The notes beneath the pieces were generated by a model that made no database searches, was not told the origin of the DNA, and saw only the letters and a program-made list of their open reading frames with translations. A stretch of 53,288 bases of DNA, taken from a virus (taxonomy: Duplodnaviria > Caudoviricetes). Shown here piece by piece: positions 35,539 through 44,119 of the stretch. A program made the position numbers and the translations under genes. The stretch covers positions 1 to 53,288 of the IMG/VR virus record IMGVR_UViG_3300037507_002397. One strand, 5' to 3'. How positions within the stretch are numbered: position 1 is the stretch's first letter; every line of letters starts with the position of its first letter.

Positions 35539-37052
35539 GCCAGACTATCGAGATCAAAGACGCTGGCCCGATCGAATCGCTCACCATCCCCGTTCCCGAA
35601 GGCGGCGGCGTGGTCGTGCTGCGCGGTCCCAACGGCGGCGGCAAGTCCACGGCGCTCAACGCTGTGACGGCGCTGGTGTCTGGCGCTGGAACGGTGCCCA
35701 CTCGTGACGGTGCCCTGGGCGCCATCGTCGAGGGACTGGGCGCACGCTTGACGGTTGGTCGGCGCACTGGGCGCAGCGGCGAGCTTGAGCTTCACCACTT
35801 GGAAGGCCCGGATCCCTCGCTACTCGTCGACCCCGGCATCAAGGATCGCGGTGCGGCCCACGCGGAGCGCATTCGTGCGCTTGCGCGGCTGGCTAACGCC
35901 ACGCTGGACCGGGAGCGGATCGTGTCGCTTGTCGGTGGGCCTGATGCCTTCGCGGCGCTGGTGCGCGCTGAGTCGCTGGAGAAGGGCGATGTGCCGTCAA
36001 TCTGCGCGGCGGTGAAGCGTGACCTCGAAACTGCGGCGCGTGCGGCTGAAACCGAAGCCGACAACCTGCAAACCGAGGCTCGCGGGATCTCTGCATCGGT
36101 CGATGCGGTGCCCGAGGCTGAGATGCTGGACGAGGCCGCGCTCCAGCAAGAGCTCGAACTGGCGTCCGGCCAACTTGGCGAACTGCGCGGGCGGCAATCG
36201 CAAGCCGACAAGCTGCGCGCCGCTGCTGAGGCTGCCCGGCAAACGCTGGCAGGCATGGGTGAGCGTGGCACTGTCGACGCTGGCCGTGCAGCCGAAGCGC
36301 AACTGGCGCAAGCTGAAGCCGCCACCAAGGCGATGCGCGGCGCACTGGAAGCCAAGAGCGAAGCGGTGCAAGCCGCTAAGGTTGCGCTAGCTAAGGCGAT
36401 CGCCGAGGCCGACCTGGCTAACGCGGCGGTGCAGACCGCGCTCGCGCAGGAGGATATGGCGCGGGCTACCTTGCTCCAGGCCGAGAAGGACTACAAAGCC
36501 CGGAACCAGCTTGGCGCGGCGATGAAAGCCGCCGATGCAGCCGCGTTTGTGGACCCGTCCGAAGTTACGGCCTGGGAAGAGCGGCAGACCGCCGCACGGC
36601 TCGCGCTCCAGCGTGCCGAGGTCGTGCGCTTTGCGATGGACCAGCGCGAACGCGCCAAGGTCAAGTCTGACGAAAGCGGCGCGGCTCGCTCTCGCGCTCT
36701 TGGTTTGCGCCGTGCCGCGAGCGGCTGCGAGGCGATCATCAGCGAAGCCCTGGCGAAAGTCTGCCCCGCTGGGATGTTGGTTCACGAGGGAATGCTGGTC
36801 GTGAAAACCGATCGCGGGCTCGAACCCTTCGACGAGCTTAGCCACGGCGAACGCTGGCGCTGGGCTATCGAGATTGCAGCGCGCACGGTGAAGGCGCCGG
36901 GCTTGCTGGTGTGCCGTCAGGAAGGCTGGGAATCGTTGCAGCCCTCCGTGCAGCGTGAAGTTGACGCGATGGCCCGCGAGCATGGGCTGGTGATCTTGGC
37001 GGCGAAGGCCGACGATGGAGAGTTGCGCGCTGAGGTGTTTGGAGGCGCGTGA
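35535..37052 (+). CDS. Rad50/SMC-like ABC ATPase with long coiled coil
   Basis: Walker A GPNGGGKST, Ala-rich coiled coil, signature LSHGE, variant Walker B LLVCRQE. Confidence 0.85.
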   Translation: MSQTIEIKDAGPIESLTIPVPEGGGVVVLRGPNGGGKSTALNAVTALVSGAGTVPTRDGALGAIVEGLGARLTVGRRTGRSGELELHHLEGPDPSLLVDPGIKDRGAAHAERIRALARLANATLDRERIVSLVGGPDAFAALVRAESLEKGDVPSICAAVKRDLETAARAAETEADNLQTEARGISASVDAVPEAEMLDEAALQQELELASGQLGELRGRQSQADKLRAAAEAARQTLAGMGERGTVDAGRAAEAQLAQAEAATKAMRGALEAKSEAVQAAKVALAKAIAEADLANAAVQTALAQEDMARATLLQAEKDYKARNQLGAAMKAADAAAFVDPSEVTAWEERQTAARLALQRAEVVRFAMDQRERAKVKSDESGAARSRALGLRRAASGCEAIISEALAKVCPAGMLVHEGMLVVKTDRGLEPFDELSHGERWRWAIEIAARTVKAPGLLVCRQEGWESLQPSVQREVDAMAREHGLVILAAKADDGELRAEVFGGA

Positions 37053-37387
37053 TGTTCGACCAGATCAAGCTGCCCGTGTGCCCGGTGTGTGGGGCGTGGT
37101 GCGTGTCGGCTGTGAGTCAAAAAGCCTTAGGTATGGGCTTTGATGTGTCCTTTAGTTGCGGGTCTAAGTTTTCGGTCAACCAAGACCGCGAGCCGCTGAT
37201 TGTTGATGGCTGCAAAGATGCGGAGGAGGTGGTGCAGATGCTCAAGTCTCAAGCAAAATTCCTCCGCGCTGAACTTGCCCGCCTTCAAGCTGACCCCGAC
37301 ATTCGCGCCTTGGACGCCGCCCGCCAGCGCCACGCCGAGGTCCGCGCCCATGTCGCGCAGGTGCAGGAGCAAACCGAGATCGCGTGA
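37049..37387 (+). CDS. Hypothetical Cys-containing protein
   Basis: CPVC...FSCGS...C; coupled. Confidence 0.65.
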   Translation: MMFDQIKLPVCPVCGAWCVSAVSQKALGMGFDVSFSCGSKFSVNQDREPLIVDGCKDAEEVVQMLKSQAKFLRAELARLQADPDIRALDAARQRHAEVRAHVAQVQEQTEIA

Positions 37388-37489
37388 TCTCGACCGGCCG
37401 CGCGCAGTAGTAAAGAGCGGGCTGCGCGCGGCTGGATTTTTCAAAGGGAAAAACAATGGAAACTCAAAACAGATGGAAGAGGTGACGCC

Positions 37490-37948
37490 GTGACCAAGCT
37501 CTACAGGATGAAGCCGCTGGTGTGGGTTGATAACTTCTATCCCCCCTCCTGTGATGGCCCTTGCGGGTTTAGGATCATAATCGACGAAGATATACGGGAC
37601 TCGGGCACCCTATACACCCTATACCGTGGTGACGATTTCTGCGCAGATTCCTTTTCGCTAGGTGAAGCCAAAGCCGCCGCCGAAAAGCTCGCGCTGGAAG
37701 AAGCCCTGCGCTGGGTGGAAGAAGTGACCCCAGAAGCCCCTCGCTGGATTCCTGTTGGCGAGCGGATGCCGCCGGATGATCCGTATTACCAAAACCGCAG
37801 CGCGAAAGTCCTTGTGCATCTATCGACGGGGACGGTTTGTGTTTCTTGGTTTTTCAGACCAACAGAAGCGTGGGTGGGGATTGACTACTCCAAGGAGCGC
37901 GTCACCCACTGGATGCCGCTCCCAGAACCGCCGAAAGGAGGCGCGTGA
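37490..37948 (+). CDS. DUF551-domain protein
   Basis: WIPVGERMP...VTHWMPLPEPP. Confidence 0.85.
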   Translation: MTKLYRMKPLVWVDNFYPPSCDGPCGFRIIIDEDIRDSGTLYTLYRGDDFCADSFSLGEAKAAAEKLALEEALRWVEEVTPEAPRWIPVGERMPPDDPYYQNRSAKVLVHLSTGTVCVSWFFRPTEAWVGIDYSKERVTHWMPLPEPPKGGA

Positions 37949-38280
37949 TGTGGACCGAGAGTAAGCGCGCCCAAGAAGTTACAGACCTAATCGAGTCTGC
38001 GCCCCTTCCGATTCTAGTAAAGGGTGGTGCCATTACGCGCATGTGGTGCGAGGTTGTTATGTGGACGCTGCATGTAAACGCTAGGGTCCGCGTGTGGACT
38101 GGCGAAGAGCTGCATACGCGCGTGGGTGTTTCAACGGATTTCCTGGAACGCCATGCGTCCGCTGAATCCGCACTTACACCCGTTCGGCTTAGGATGGTTG
38201 CAGACATTGAGGAAGCCATCGAGCACCGCTACACCAATTGGATAGGTGAACAGATCAGAAAGGTCGAGAAAATCAAATGA
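37945..38280 (+). CDS. Hypothetical protein
   Basis: AAAGGAGG RBS; coupled. Confidence 0.65.
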   Translation: MMWTESKRAQEVTDLIESAPLPILVKGGAITRMWCEVVMWTLHVNARVRVWTGEELHTRVGVSTDFLERHASAESALTPVRLRMVADIEEAIEHRYTNWIGEQIRKVEKIK

Positions 38281-38489
38281 GTAATAATGAAAAATCCATG
38301 CCGTCCCAACGTAAGCCCCAATCTGCCTTTACGCGGCGCACCGGCTACATCTTTGTGATGGTCGCTGGCTGCGGCATCGCGGCAGTAGCGGGTCCAATGG
38401 ACTCGTGGCTGACGAATGCTCTGCTCTTCGCGGTGCTTGTCCAGGCCGAGCGGATCGTGGACCGCATGGACAAGAGGGGTGGCGCGTGA
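38277..38489 (+). CDS. Small putative membrane protein
   Basis: Two hydrophobic stretches; coupled. Confidence 0.55.
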   Translation: MSNNEKSMPSQRKPQSAFTRRTGYIFVMVAGCGIAAVAGPMDSWLTNALLFAVLVQAERIVDRMDKRGGA

Positions 38490-38920
38490 GCACGTTTGAC
38501 TTTCAGGACGGCAACGGTCCCGTCGCTGCTCACCAACACCCCAACGGTGGCGGGTGGGTAGCCAGCACAGCGTCTGTGGCACCTACGGCGTATGTAGGTC
38601 CGTACGCTCAGGTGTACGGCAACGCTCGGGTGTTCGGTAGCGCTCAGGTGTACGGCAACGCTCGGGTGTTCGGTAGCGCTCGGGTGTACGGCAGCGCTAG
38701 GGTGTTTGGCGAGGCTCAGGTGTTTGGCGACGCTCTGGTGTCCGGCAACGCTCGGGTGTACGACACCGCTCAGGTGTACGACACCGCTTGGGTGTCCGAC
38801 ACCGCTTGGGTGTCCGACACCGCTCGGGTGTACGGCAACGCTCGGGTGTACGGCAACGCTCTGGTGTCCGGCAACGCTCGGGTGTCTGGCGAGGCTCGGG
38901 TGACGGGAGACGCACGATGA
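38486..38920 (+). CDS. Left-handed beta-helix (hexapeptide-repeat) protein (start GTG 38486)
   Basis: H.HPNGGGWVA.TA.V...AYVGP followed by AxVxG/Dx repeats. Confidence 0.85.
   Translation: MSTFDFQDGNGPVAAHQHPNGGGWVASTASVAPTAYVGPYAQVYGNARVFGSAQVYGNARVFGSARVYGSARVFGEAQVFGDALVSGNARVYDTAQVYDTAWVSDTAWVSDTARVYGNARVYGNALVSGNARVSGEARVTGDAR
38606..38911 (+). repeat. 18-bp coding tandem repeat, 17 units
   Basis: Units such as GCTCGGGTGTACGGCAAC encode the hexapeptides. Confidence 0.9.
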
Positions 38921-39204
38921 GTTCCACGCCGGATCTTGACCGCGCGCTCAAAATCGCCCGTGCAGCGGGTATGGGGTCGGCCGCTTGGGATCGAGCGTGC
39001 GACGAGCTTCGCGCCATGCGAGAGCTACTCAGCGGCCAGACGCTTTACGATGCCCGGCAAGCGACCCTCATGGAGATAGCCAGCTACTGCGAGCAGCAGG
39101 CTCAGGATCGGCCCGCAGACTCTGCCGCGCTTCATGCCGTGGCTGCCGAGTGCTTCCGCCGGCATTCCCACGCTGCCGCGCGGGCGAAGACCAGCGGGGC
39201 ATAA
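38917..39204 (+). CDS. Hypothetical protein (start ATG 38917)
   Basis: ATGA overlap with the previous stop. Confidence 0.6.
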   Translation: MSSTPDLDRALKIARAAGMGSAAWDRACDELRAMRELLSGQTLYDARQATLMEIASYCEQQAQDRPADSAALHAVAAECFRRHSHAAARAKTSGA

Positions 39205-39236
39205 TCGGCAAGCCGGGCGAAGGGGCCGGCGCGTCG

Positions 39237-39491
39237 ATGACAAAAAGCAAGAGGGCCGAGGCGATCAACCTCGAGGACTGGGTACGCGCAAACCAAAAGC
39301 GCAAGTGCCTCATATGCCGCACGGAGGGGGCATCAGATCTTGTCGAGTCCGTGTTGACCGCGAGCAAAAAGCTGGGGCTGACAGTCCCGCAAAGTAAGCT
39401 ATGCGACTTGCTGCGCGAGCGCGGCGTGCTGGAAACAACCAGCCACACGATGCGCGACCACATCAGGAGATGCCGTGGCAAAGCGCGATAA
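39237..39491 (+). CDS. Small CxxC...HxxxC Zn-finger/HTH-like protein
   Basis: CLIC...HTMRDHIRRC; precedes the phosphoesterase. Confidence 0.6.
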   Translation: MTKSKRAEAINLEDWVRANQKRKCLICRTEGASDLVESVLTASKKLGLTVPQSKLCDLLRERGVLETTSHTMRDHIRRCRGKAR

Positions 39492-40536
39492 GCCCTTCGA
39501 CGCGGAAGCATTTGCGAGACAAGCATCCCGCGAGTCGATCATCGGCGAGATCAAGCGCGCGATCTACCGCTCGAGCAGTTCGGTGCGCGAACTTGCGCGG
39601 CGCTGCGACTGCTCCGAGGATCTTGTCCGCGAGCTGCTGCATGAGATGATCCAAGCCGGCATTGCGATCCACCGCAGCGGCGACTGGTTATGGATCGAGC
39701 CGGGACATGTTCCGCCCGTCCTTCCCAACGAGGGGCACGCATGGAAGGGCGAGACCTATCGCTTCGGACTCATCAGCGATACGCACTACGGCAGCAAGTA
39801 CGCGAGGGAGGATGTCTGCCACTCTCTGTATGACTGGTTCAAGTCCGAGGGCATCGAGCGCGTGTACCATGCCGGCAACTGGGTGGAAGGCATCGCCAAA
39901 TTCAATCGTTTCGATCTGATCCCGCAGGCTCACGGGATGCAAGCCCAGCTTGACTACTTCGCCAAAAACTACCCGGCGCGAAAGGGCATCCGCACTTACA
40001 TCGTCAGCGGCGACGACCACGAAGGCTGGTGGAGTCAGCGCGAAGGCGTGAACATCGGCCAGATGATGCAGGACACCGCGGAACGTCACGGCCGCAAAGA
40101 CTTGATCGACATCGGCTACATGGAGGCATTTGTCACGCTCACGCACGCAAAATCTGGACGCTCATCCAGGATGCTAGTCGCGCATCCGGGCGGCGGGTCG
40201 GCCTATGCAGTGAGCTACACAAGCCAGAAGATCATCGAGAGCTTTCAGCCGGGAGAGAAGCCGGCTGTCGCCATTTTCGGGCACTACCACAAGATCGAGT
40301 ACCTGCTAACGCGCGGCGTTCATGCGATCCAGGCCGGATGCACCAAGGATCTTGACCCGTTCGGACGCAAAAAGCGGCTGGCATACCACATCGGCGGCGC
40401 GATCATCGAGCTGCGCCAGTCCCCGGATGGATCGATTCCCGATTGCCTGACCTGGTTCCGTCAGTTCAGCGACCGCGGCCAGCACAATGACCAGTTCGCC
40501 CACAGCCACGAACCGACGAGGACGCGCGCGCGATGA
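39475..40536 (+). CDS. Calcineurin-like metallophosphoesterase with N-terminal winged HTH
   Basis: SDTHYGS, HAGNWVEG, SGDDHE, AHPGGG and GHYHK motifs; N-terminal SVRELARRCDCS. Confidence 0.88.
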   Translation: MAKRDKPFDAEAFARQASRESIIGEIKRAIYRSSSSVRELARRCDCSEDLVRELLHEMIQAGIAIHRSGDWLWIEPGHVPPVLPNEGHAWKGETYRFGLISDTHYGSKYAREDVCHSLYDWFKSEGIERVYHAGNWVEGIAKFNRFDLIPQAHGMQAQLDYFAKNYPARKGIRTYIVSGDDHEGWWSQREGVNIGQMMQDTAERHGRKDLIDIGYMEAFVTLTHAKSGRSSRMLVAHPGGGSAYAVSYTSQKIIESFQPGEKPAVAIFGHYHKIEYLLTRGVHAIQAGCTKDLDPFGRKKRLAYHIGGAIIELRQSPDGSIPDCLTWFRQFSDRGQHNDQFAHSHEPTRTRAR

Positions 40537-40847
40537 ATCCCAAAAGGAAACTTCACGGTAAGGTCCCATACGTTCGCTTCGGATCGGTCAAGCTGCCCGT
40601 CTATCTAACCGAAGATCACGAACAGCACGGCTACTATGACTCTTGGCCGGAGCAGGCAATCCACGTCGCTAGGCAAGAGGAGTCAAGCGAGATCCGAACC
40701 ATCCTTCATGAGTCGATCCATGCAGCCGCGGATCTGTACGGGATCGAGCTTTCGGAGGCGAAGGTACGCATCCTCGAGAACGCCATCGGGCAGCTCATCT
40801 GCCAGAACCCAAAACTGATACAGCTCCTCCAGAAATACGGACGCTGA
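40533..40847 (+). CDS. Small HExxH zincin-like metallopeptidase
   Basis: TILHESIHA...E motif. Confidence 0.75.
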   Translation: MNPKRKLHGKVPYVRFGSVKLPVYLTEDHEQHGYYDSWPEQAIHVARQEESSEIRTILHESIHAAADLYGIELSEAKVRILENAIGQLICQNPKLIQLLQKYGR

Positions 40848-40884
40848 CACGCGAACACGCCGGCAGCCGTGATAAGGTTCGCTT

Positions 40885-40997
40885 GGGTTGGTCCACCGCC
40901 GACCAGCGCAGTTCAAAGGGTGTAAGCAGCCAGTGGATCTGCGACGAGCCGGGAGCAGTCTGTGTCTTTCTGTTTCGGCCAGGCGGCGGACTTTTTT
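40885..40997 (+). ncRNA. Candidate structured small RNA carrying antisense to the early-gene RBS motif
   Basis: Extended -10-like TGATAAGGT (40870-40878); closing stem GTCCACCGCC/GGCGGCGGAC followed by T6; two internal hairpins; contains TGTGTCTTTCTGT (40961-40973). Confidence 0.55.
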
Positions 40998-41017
40998 AGC
41001 CAAAGCGAGGAGCTTGC

Positions 41018-41311
41018 ATGAGAATCAACGAACGGATGATCGCCATCGACGCACTGCACCCGCTTAGGGTGCGGGTCTGGATTGCGTGCGACTGTGACTT
41101 CCTGCCGACCGAAGATGAGGCTAGAGAGACCCTGAAGCCCGTCATTCTCAAGGCCATGCGTGACTGCGTGACAGATCCGCGAGCGGTGGCCGAGCGCATC
41201 GCTGAGTACGATCGCAGAGTGAGCAGCGGACTTTCTGGCCCATTCGTCAACGCCGTCGAAGTTATTCGACCCGACGGAAACGGCGTGCTCATTTACCCGG
41301 ACTGGCCGTGA
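41018..41311 (+). CDS. Hypothetical protein
   Basis: GAGGAG RBS. Confidence 0.7.
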   Translation: MRINERMIAIDALHPLRVRVWIACDCDFLPTEDEARETLKPVILKAMRDCVTDPRAVAERIAEYDRRVSSGLSGPFVNAVEVIRPDGNGVLIYPDWP

Positions 41312-41553
41312 AGCTCAAGACAAAGCACGACGGCAAGTGCGACGCGCATGGATGCCGGGCTGTCTGGGAAGTCTTTAGCGGACCGGATGGGATGCTCGTG
41401 CGCCGATTCTCTCGGTCTGTGCGGTTTTGCCTGAAGCATGTCTCGGAAGCCAACGAAATCTACGAGACCGATGGCCGCAGGATCGGAGGATATCGGCATC
41501 CCATCAAGCCTGACGCGGACAAAGACGAGAGCGACAATGCGGACGCATTGTGA
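41308..41553 (+). CDS. Hypothetical protein
   Basis: Coupled ORF with Cys/His residues. Confidence 0.6.
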   Translation: MKLKTKHDGKCDAHGCRAVWEVFSGPDGMLVRRFSRSVRFCLKHVSEANEIYETDGRRIGGYRHPIKPDADKDESDNADAL

Positions 41554-41661
41554 CACACGGGGGAGCGGTGCGCGCCACGAGCCGTCCTGTGTAGCGAGAG
41601 TGATAGCGTGTCTTTCTGCTGCCGCGCGGCCCGGCAGGATCGGGCGAAGGCCGCACTATCC

Positions 41662-41907
41662 ATGACACGCCGCTGCCCGCATTGTCGCGGAAATCTTCCG
41701 GCGCTGACGGCGGATGATTGTCTGGACCTCGATGCGACGGAGCGCGCGCGGCTGACCGAACTCCTCCAGCCTAAACGCAATAGGACGCGATCTGCCGAGC
41801 CTGGCGAGCAGGACGAAGCCAAGCTCAAGCGCGAAGCCAAGAGCGGCGCTGTGCGCGTGGATGAGAGCGGCAAGGTACGATTCCAGGGTCCAACCGCCAG
41901 AGAATAG
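41662..41907 (+). CDS. Hypothetical CxxC protein (start ATG 41662)
   Basis: MTRRCPHC; last plus-strand gene before the convergence point. Confidence 0.55.
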   Translation: MTRRCPHCRGNLPALTADDCLDLDATERARLTELLQPKRNRTRSAEPGEQDEAKLKREAKSGAVRVDESGKVRFQGPTARE

Positions 41908-41909
41908 AA

Positions 41910-41938
41910 CAGGCCGGAGTGACGCGCACCCCGGCCTG
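41910..41938. terminator. Hairpin at the convergence of early and late arms
   Basis: CAGGCCGG...CCGGCCTG. Confidence 0.6.
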
Positions 41939-42045
41939 CCTTCTCTACACTCCCATCTTCACGGGCAGCCTATCATAAATAGGGCCGCGGGCGATCATCG
42001 ACCTCGCAAAAGGCTCAAAGCTCGGCCGATCACCTCCCGCGGCTG

Positions 42046-42315
42046 TTACAGGGGGAACTTAGGCTTTCCCTTTTTCGGCGTCGGCTTGGTCTGGTCGACG
42101 TGGATCTCGTAGTCACTTGAGCGAATCAGCTTTGCCGTCTGCATCGCCTTTGACTCGCTTGAGTATGCCTCAGAAACGGCCAGGATCTGACCGTTAGCCG
42201 CACGGAGTCGCCAGCGCCAATATCCGCTGGCATCTTCGAAGAGCTCGACCGAGATAACCTTAGATGGACGACGATCCACAAGATATTTCCACCACGAAAC
42301 AAGCCAAGAAAACAT
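42046..42315 (-). CDS. YegP/DUF1508-family protein (start ATG 42315)
   Basis: ELFEDASGYWRWRLRAANGQILAVSEAYSS. Confidence 0.85.
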   Translation of the reverse strand: MFSWLVSWWKYLVDRRPSKVISVELFEDASGYWRWRLRAANGQILAVSEAYSSESKAMQTAKLIRSSDYEIHVDQTKPTPKKGKPKFPL

Positions 42316-43019
42316 CACAGCGTCTCGTAGACAAAGCGGACTTTGAGGCTCAGGGCGCGCTCGCCGTTTAGGCTCGTGTGCGTCTGGAACCGCTTGAAGT
42401 AATGGCCAGGCGCGTTCCATTCGCTGAAGAACCCTTGAGCCGTAAGCATCGCCGCCACCGGAACAAGGCCCGATCCGTTGATTCCACCGTAATACATCGA
42501 GGGAATGTAGCTCGGGCCGTAGATTTTCTCTTGCGCCCACTCGCCGATCTGGTTGCCAGTCGTATGCCCGCTCAAACCGGCCCCGTCAACTTGACCGTCA
42601 AATGCTGAGAGAGGTTGACCTCCGCACATTCCAAGCCAAGCGCCGATGCCTCCGCACATTTCGCCTGCGGCGGACACATAGGTGATGGACCCGTAGGTGC
42701 CTTGATAGCCGGCGAGCGGCGTGTTGCCAAGCTGTTCGACGGAGTAGCGGAAGGGCGTATTCAAGCCGAACTGGAAGGTCGTTCCGTAGTTGGCTGCGAT
42801 CTGTACGCGCACTCCCACCAAGGTCCCCATGGAGGAGTCATACGCCGGCAGCGCCGCGCGATACACCTTGCGGGCGCCGTCTGAGTTGAAAGCCTCAATG
42901 ATCTCGTTCTCTGGCAGCATCTCGACCCAGTTGGTCGTGATCTGATTCTGAGCCTGAGTCACGAAGGACAGGAATGCGACCGCAAGCGTGCGGCAAGCCA
43001 ATTGAAAAAGCTGTTTCAT
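42315..43019 (-). CDS. Secreted choice-of-anchor E-like domain protein
   Basis: Signal peptide ending AQA-like (TQA); LPAYDSSMGTLVGV, LSAFDGQVDGAGLSG and terminal LKVRFVYE. Confidence 0.7.
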   Translation of the reverse strand: MKQLFQLACRTLAVAFLSFVTQAQNQITTNWVEMLPENEIIEAFNSDGARKVYRAALPAYDSSMGTLVGVRVQIAANYGTTFQFGLNTPFRYSVEQLGNTPLAGYQGTYGSITYVSAAGEMCGGIGAWLGMCGGQPLSAFDGQVDGAGLSGHTTGNQIGEWAQEKIYGPSYIPSMYYGGINGSGLVPVAAMLTAQGFFSEWNAPGHYFKRFQTHTSLNGERALSLKVRFVYETL

Positions 43020-43031
43020 TTCTTGATGATC

Positions 43032-43580
43032 CTATTTCTTGAGTGTGCCAAACAGCAAGGCCATCGCGCGCTGTAGATCGAGGAGCGAACAAGTTGCAGA
43101 CTGACCGTTTGGCATAGTCAGAAGCACGCCGTTCGAGACTCTCTCGAACAGTATTCCGCAGATGGTTACAGGACCACCGAGCTTTCCTGGGCCGCCTGCT
43201 GTTTCTTTAGGTGTAGGCTCTGGGATTTCTTTTTCACGCATTCGCTGAATCCTCCGAGCCTTTTTGTGCGAGTCTTTTCTATCTATGGCCGCAAAGTCGT
43301 CGTGAATGAGACCTAGTGAATCATCCAAGCAGTCAACCTTCGGTCTACCACCATGCTTGCCATGCAGCGCGCGTATATAGTCGATGCAAGCGTTTCGCGC
43401 TTTGACAAACAGGTATCCGTGCAAGTCCATTCCGCCGTCGCGGAAAGAAAGCAGCGCGAGCAAGATTGCCATGCGCGCTTCCTGCTGAAGGTCTTCCAAC
43501 GGCTCGACATTTCCGACGCGCTTGGAGACGCTTGCCGCAGCGCGGCAGGCGATGTTCTCCAGCTCGTCAGAGCTAATCAC
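43032..43580 (-). CDS. Sigma-70-family protein (region 2 clear, region 4 not evident)
   Basis: EDLQQEARMAILLAL.SF......GYL...ARNACIDYIR. Confidence 0.78.
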   Translation of the reverse strand: MISSDELENIACRAAASVSKRVGNVEPLEDLQQEARMAILLALLSFRDGGMDLHGYLFVKARNACIDYIRALHGKHGGRPKVDCLDDSLGLIHDDFAAIDRKDSHKKARRIQRMREKEIPEPTPKETAGGPGKLGGPVTICGILFERVSNGVLLTMPNGQSATCSLLDLQRAMALLFGTLKK

Positions 43581-44119
43581 GCGCTTCCGTCCCTGCGTTC
43601 TGCATCGGCACTATGGATCAGCCCAGAGGCCGCGAGCAGATAAGCAAAGCCAGCCTTGATCTGGCCTGACATAAAAGCCCAGACTGCATTACGGATATGC
43701 GCTCGGAAGCGAGCGCCGAAGATGAACTTGAGCAGGAACGATGCCGCGAGCGTGAGGATTATCACACCCCACCAGTATTTCGGCGAGAGATACCAAGGCG
43801 GCGCCGGAGGCGGAACTGCGCCACCCGGTATCTGAGGAGCAAACTTGATAACAGGTTCTTGAGTTCTAACAACCTCCTCGGCTGTTACGACTGAAGCGAT
43901 CACACCTGCTGCGCCAACGGCTAAGCCAGCAGGACCACCGATGGCGGCTGCGGCTAAGGTGCTGCCGGCGGTGCCGCCGACAATCACTGCATCTGCCGGC
44001 GCATTCTTCAGTGTCTTACAGCTAGGGACAAGAGTGGCAAGAAGAGCTAAAGCAATGATCCATACGGCAGCTCTGATACAAAGCTGCACACGGTGGGCTC
44101 GCTCGAGTTCAGTAATCAT
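43577..44119 (-). CDS. Putative lipoprotein with glycine zipper and C-terminal TM (spanin-like?)
   Basis: Hydrophobic signal ending LVPSC; later TM WWGVIILTLAASFLLKFIFG. Confidence 0.5.
   Translation of the reverse strand: MITELERAHRVQLCIRAAVWIIALALLATLVPSCKTLKNAPADAVIVGGTAGSTLAAAAIGGPAGLAVGAAGVIASVVTAEEVVRTQEPVIKFAPQIPGGAVPPPAPPWYLSPKYWWGVIILTLAASFLLKFIFGARFRAHIRNAVWAFMSGQIKAGFAYLLAASGLIHSADAERRDGSA

Noticed and set aside
38606-38911. CRISPR-like array
   Set aside because: Contiguous 18-bp in-frame coding repeats without unique spacers; no cas genes.
40848-41017. tRNA gene
   Set aside because: No T-loop GTTCRA in a cloverleaf context and no acceptor stem or CCA; no tRNA recognised anywhere in the window.
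41018-41311. QueD/T-fold-like enzyme
   Set aside because: Only vague resemblance; the catalytic His/Cys motif and other 7-deazaguanine pathway genes are absent.
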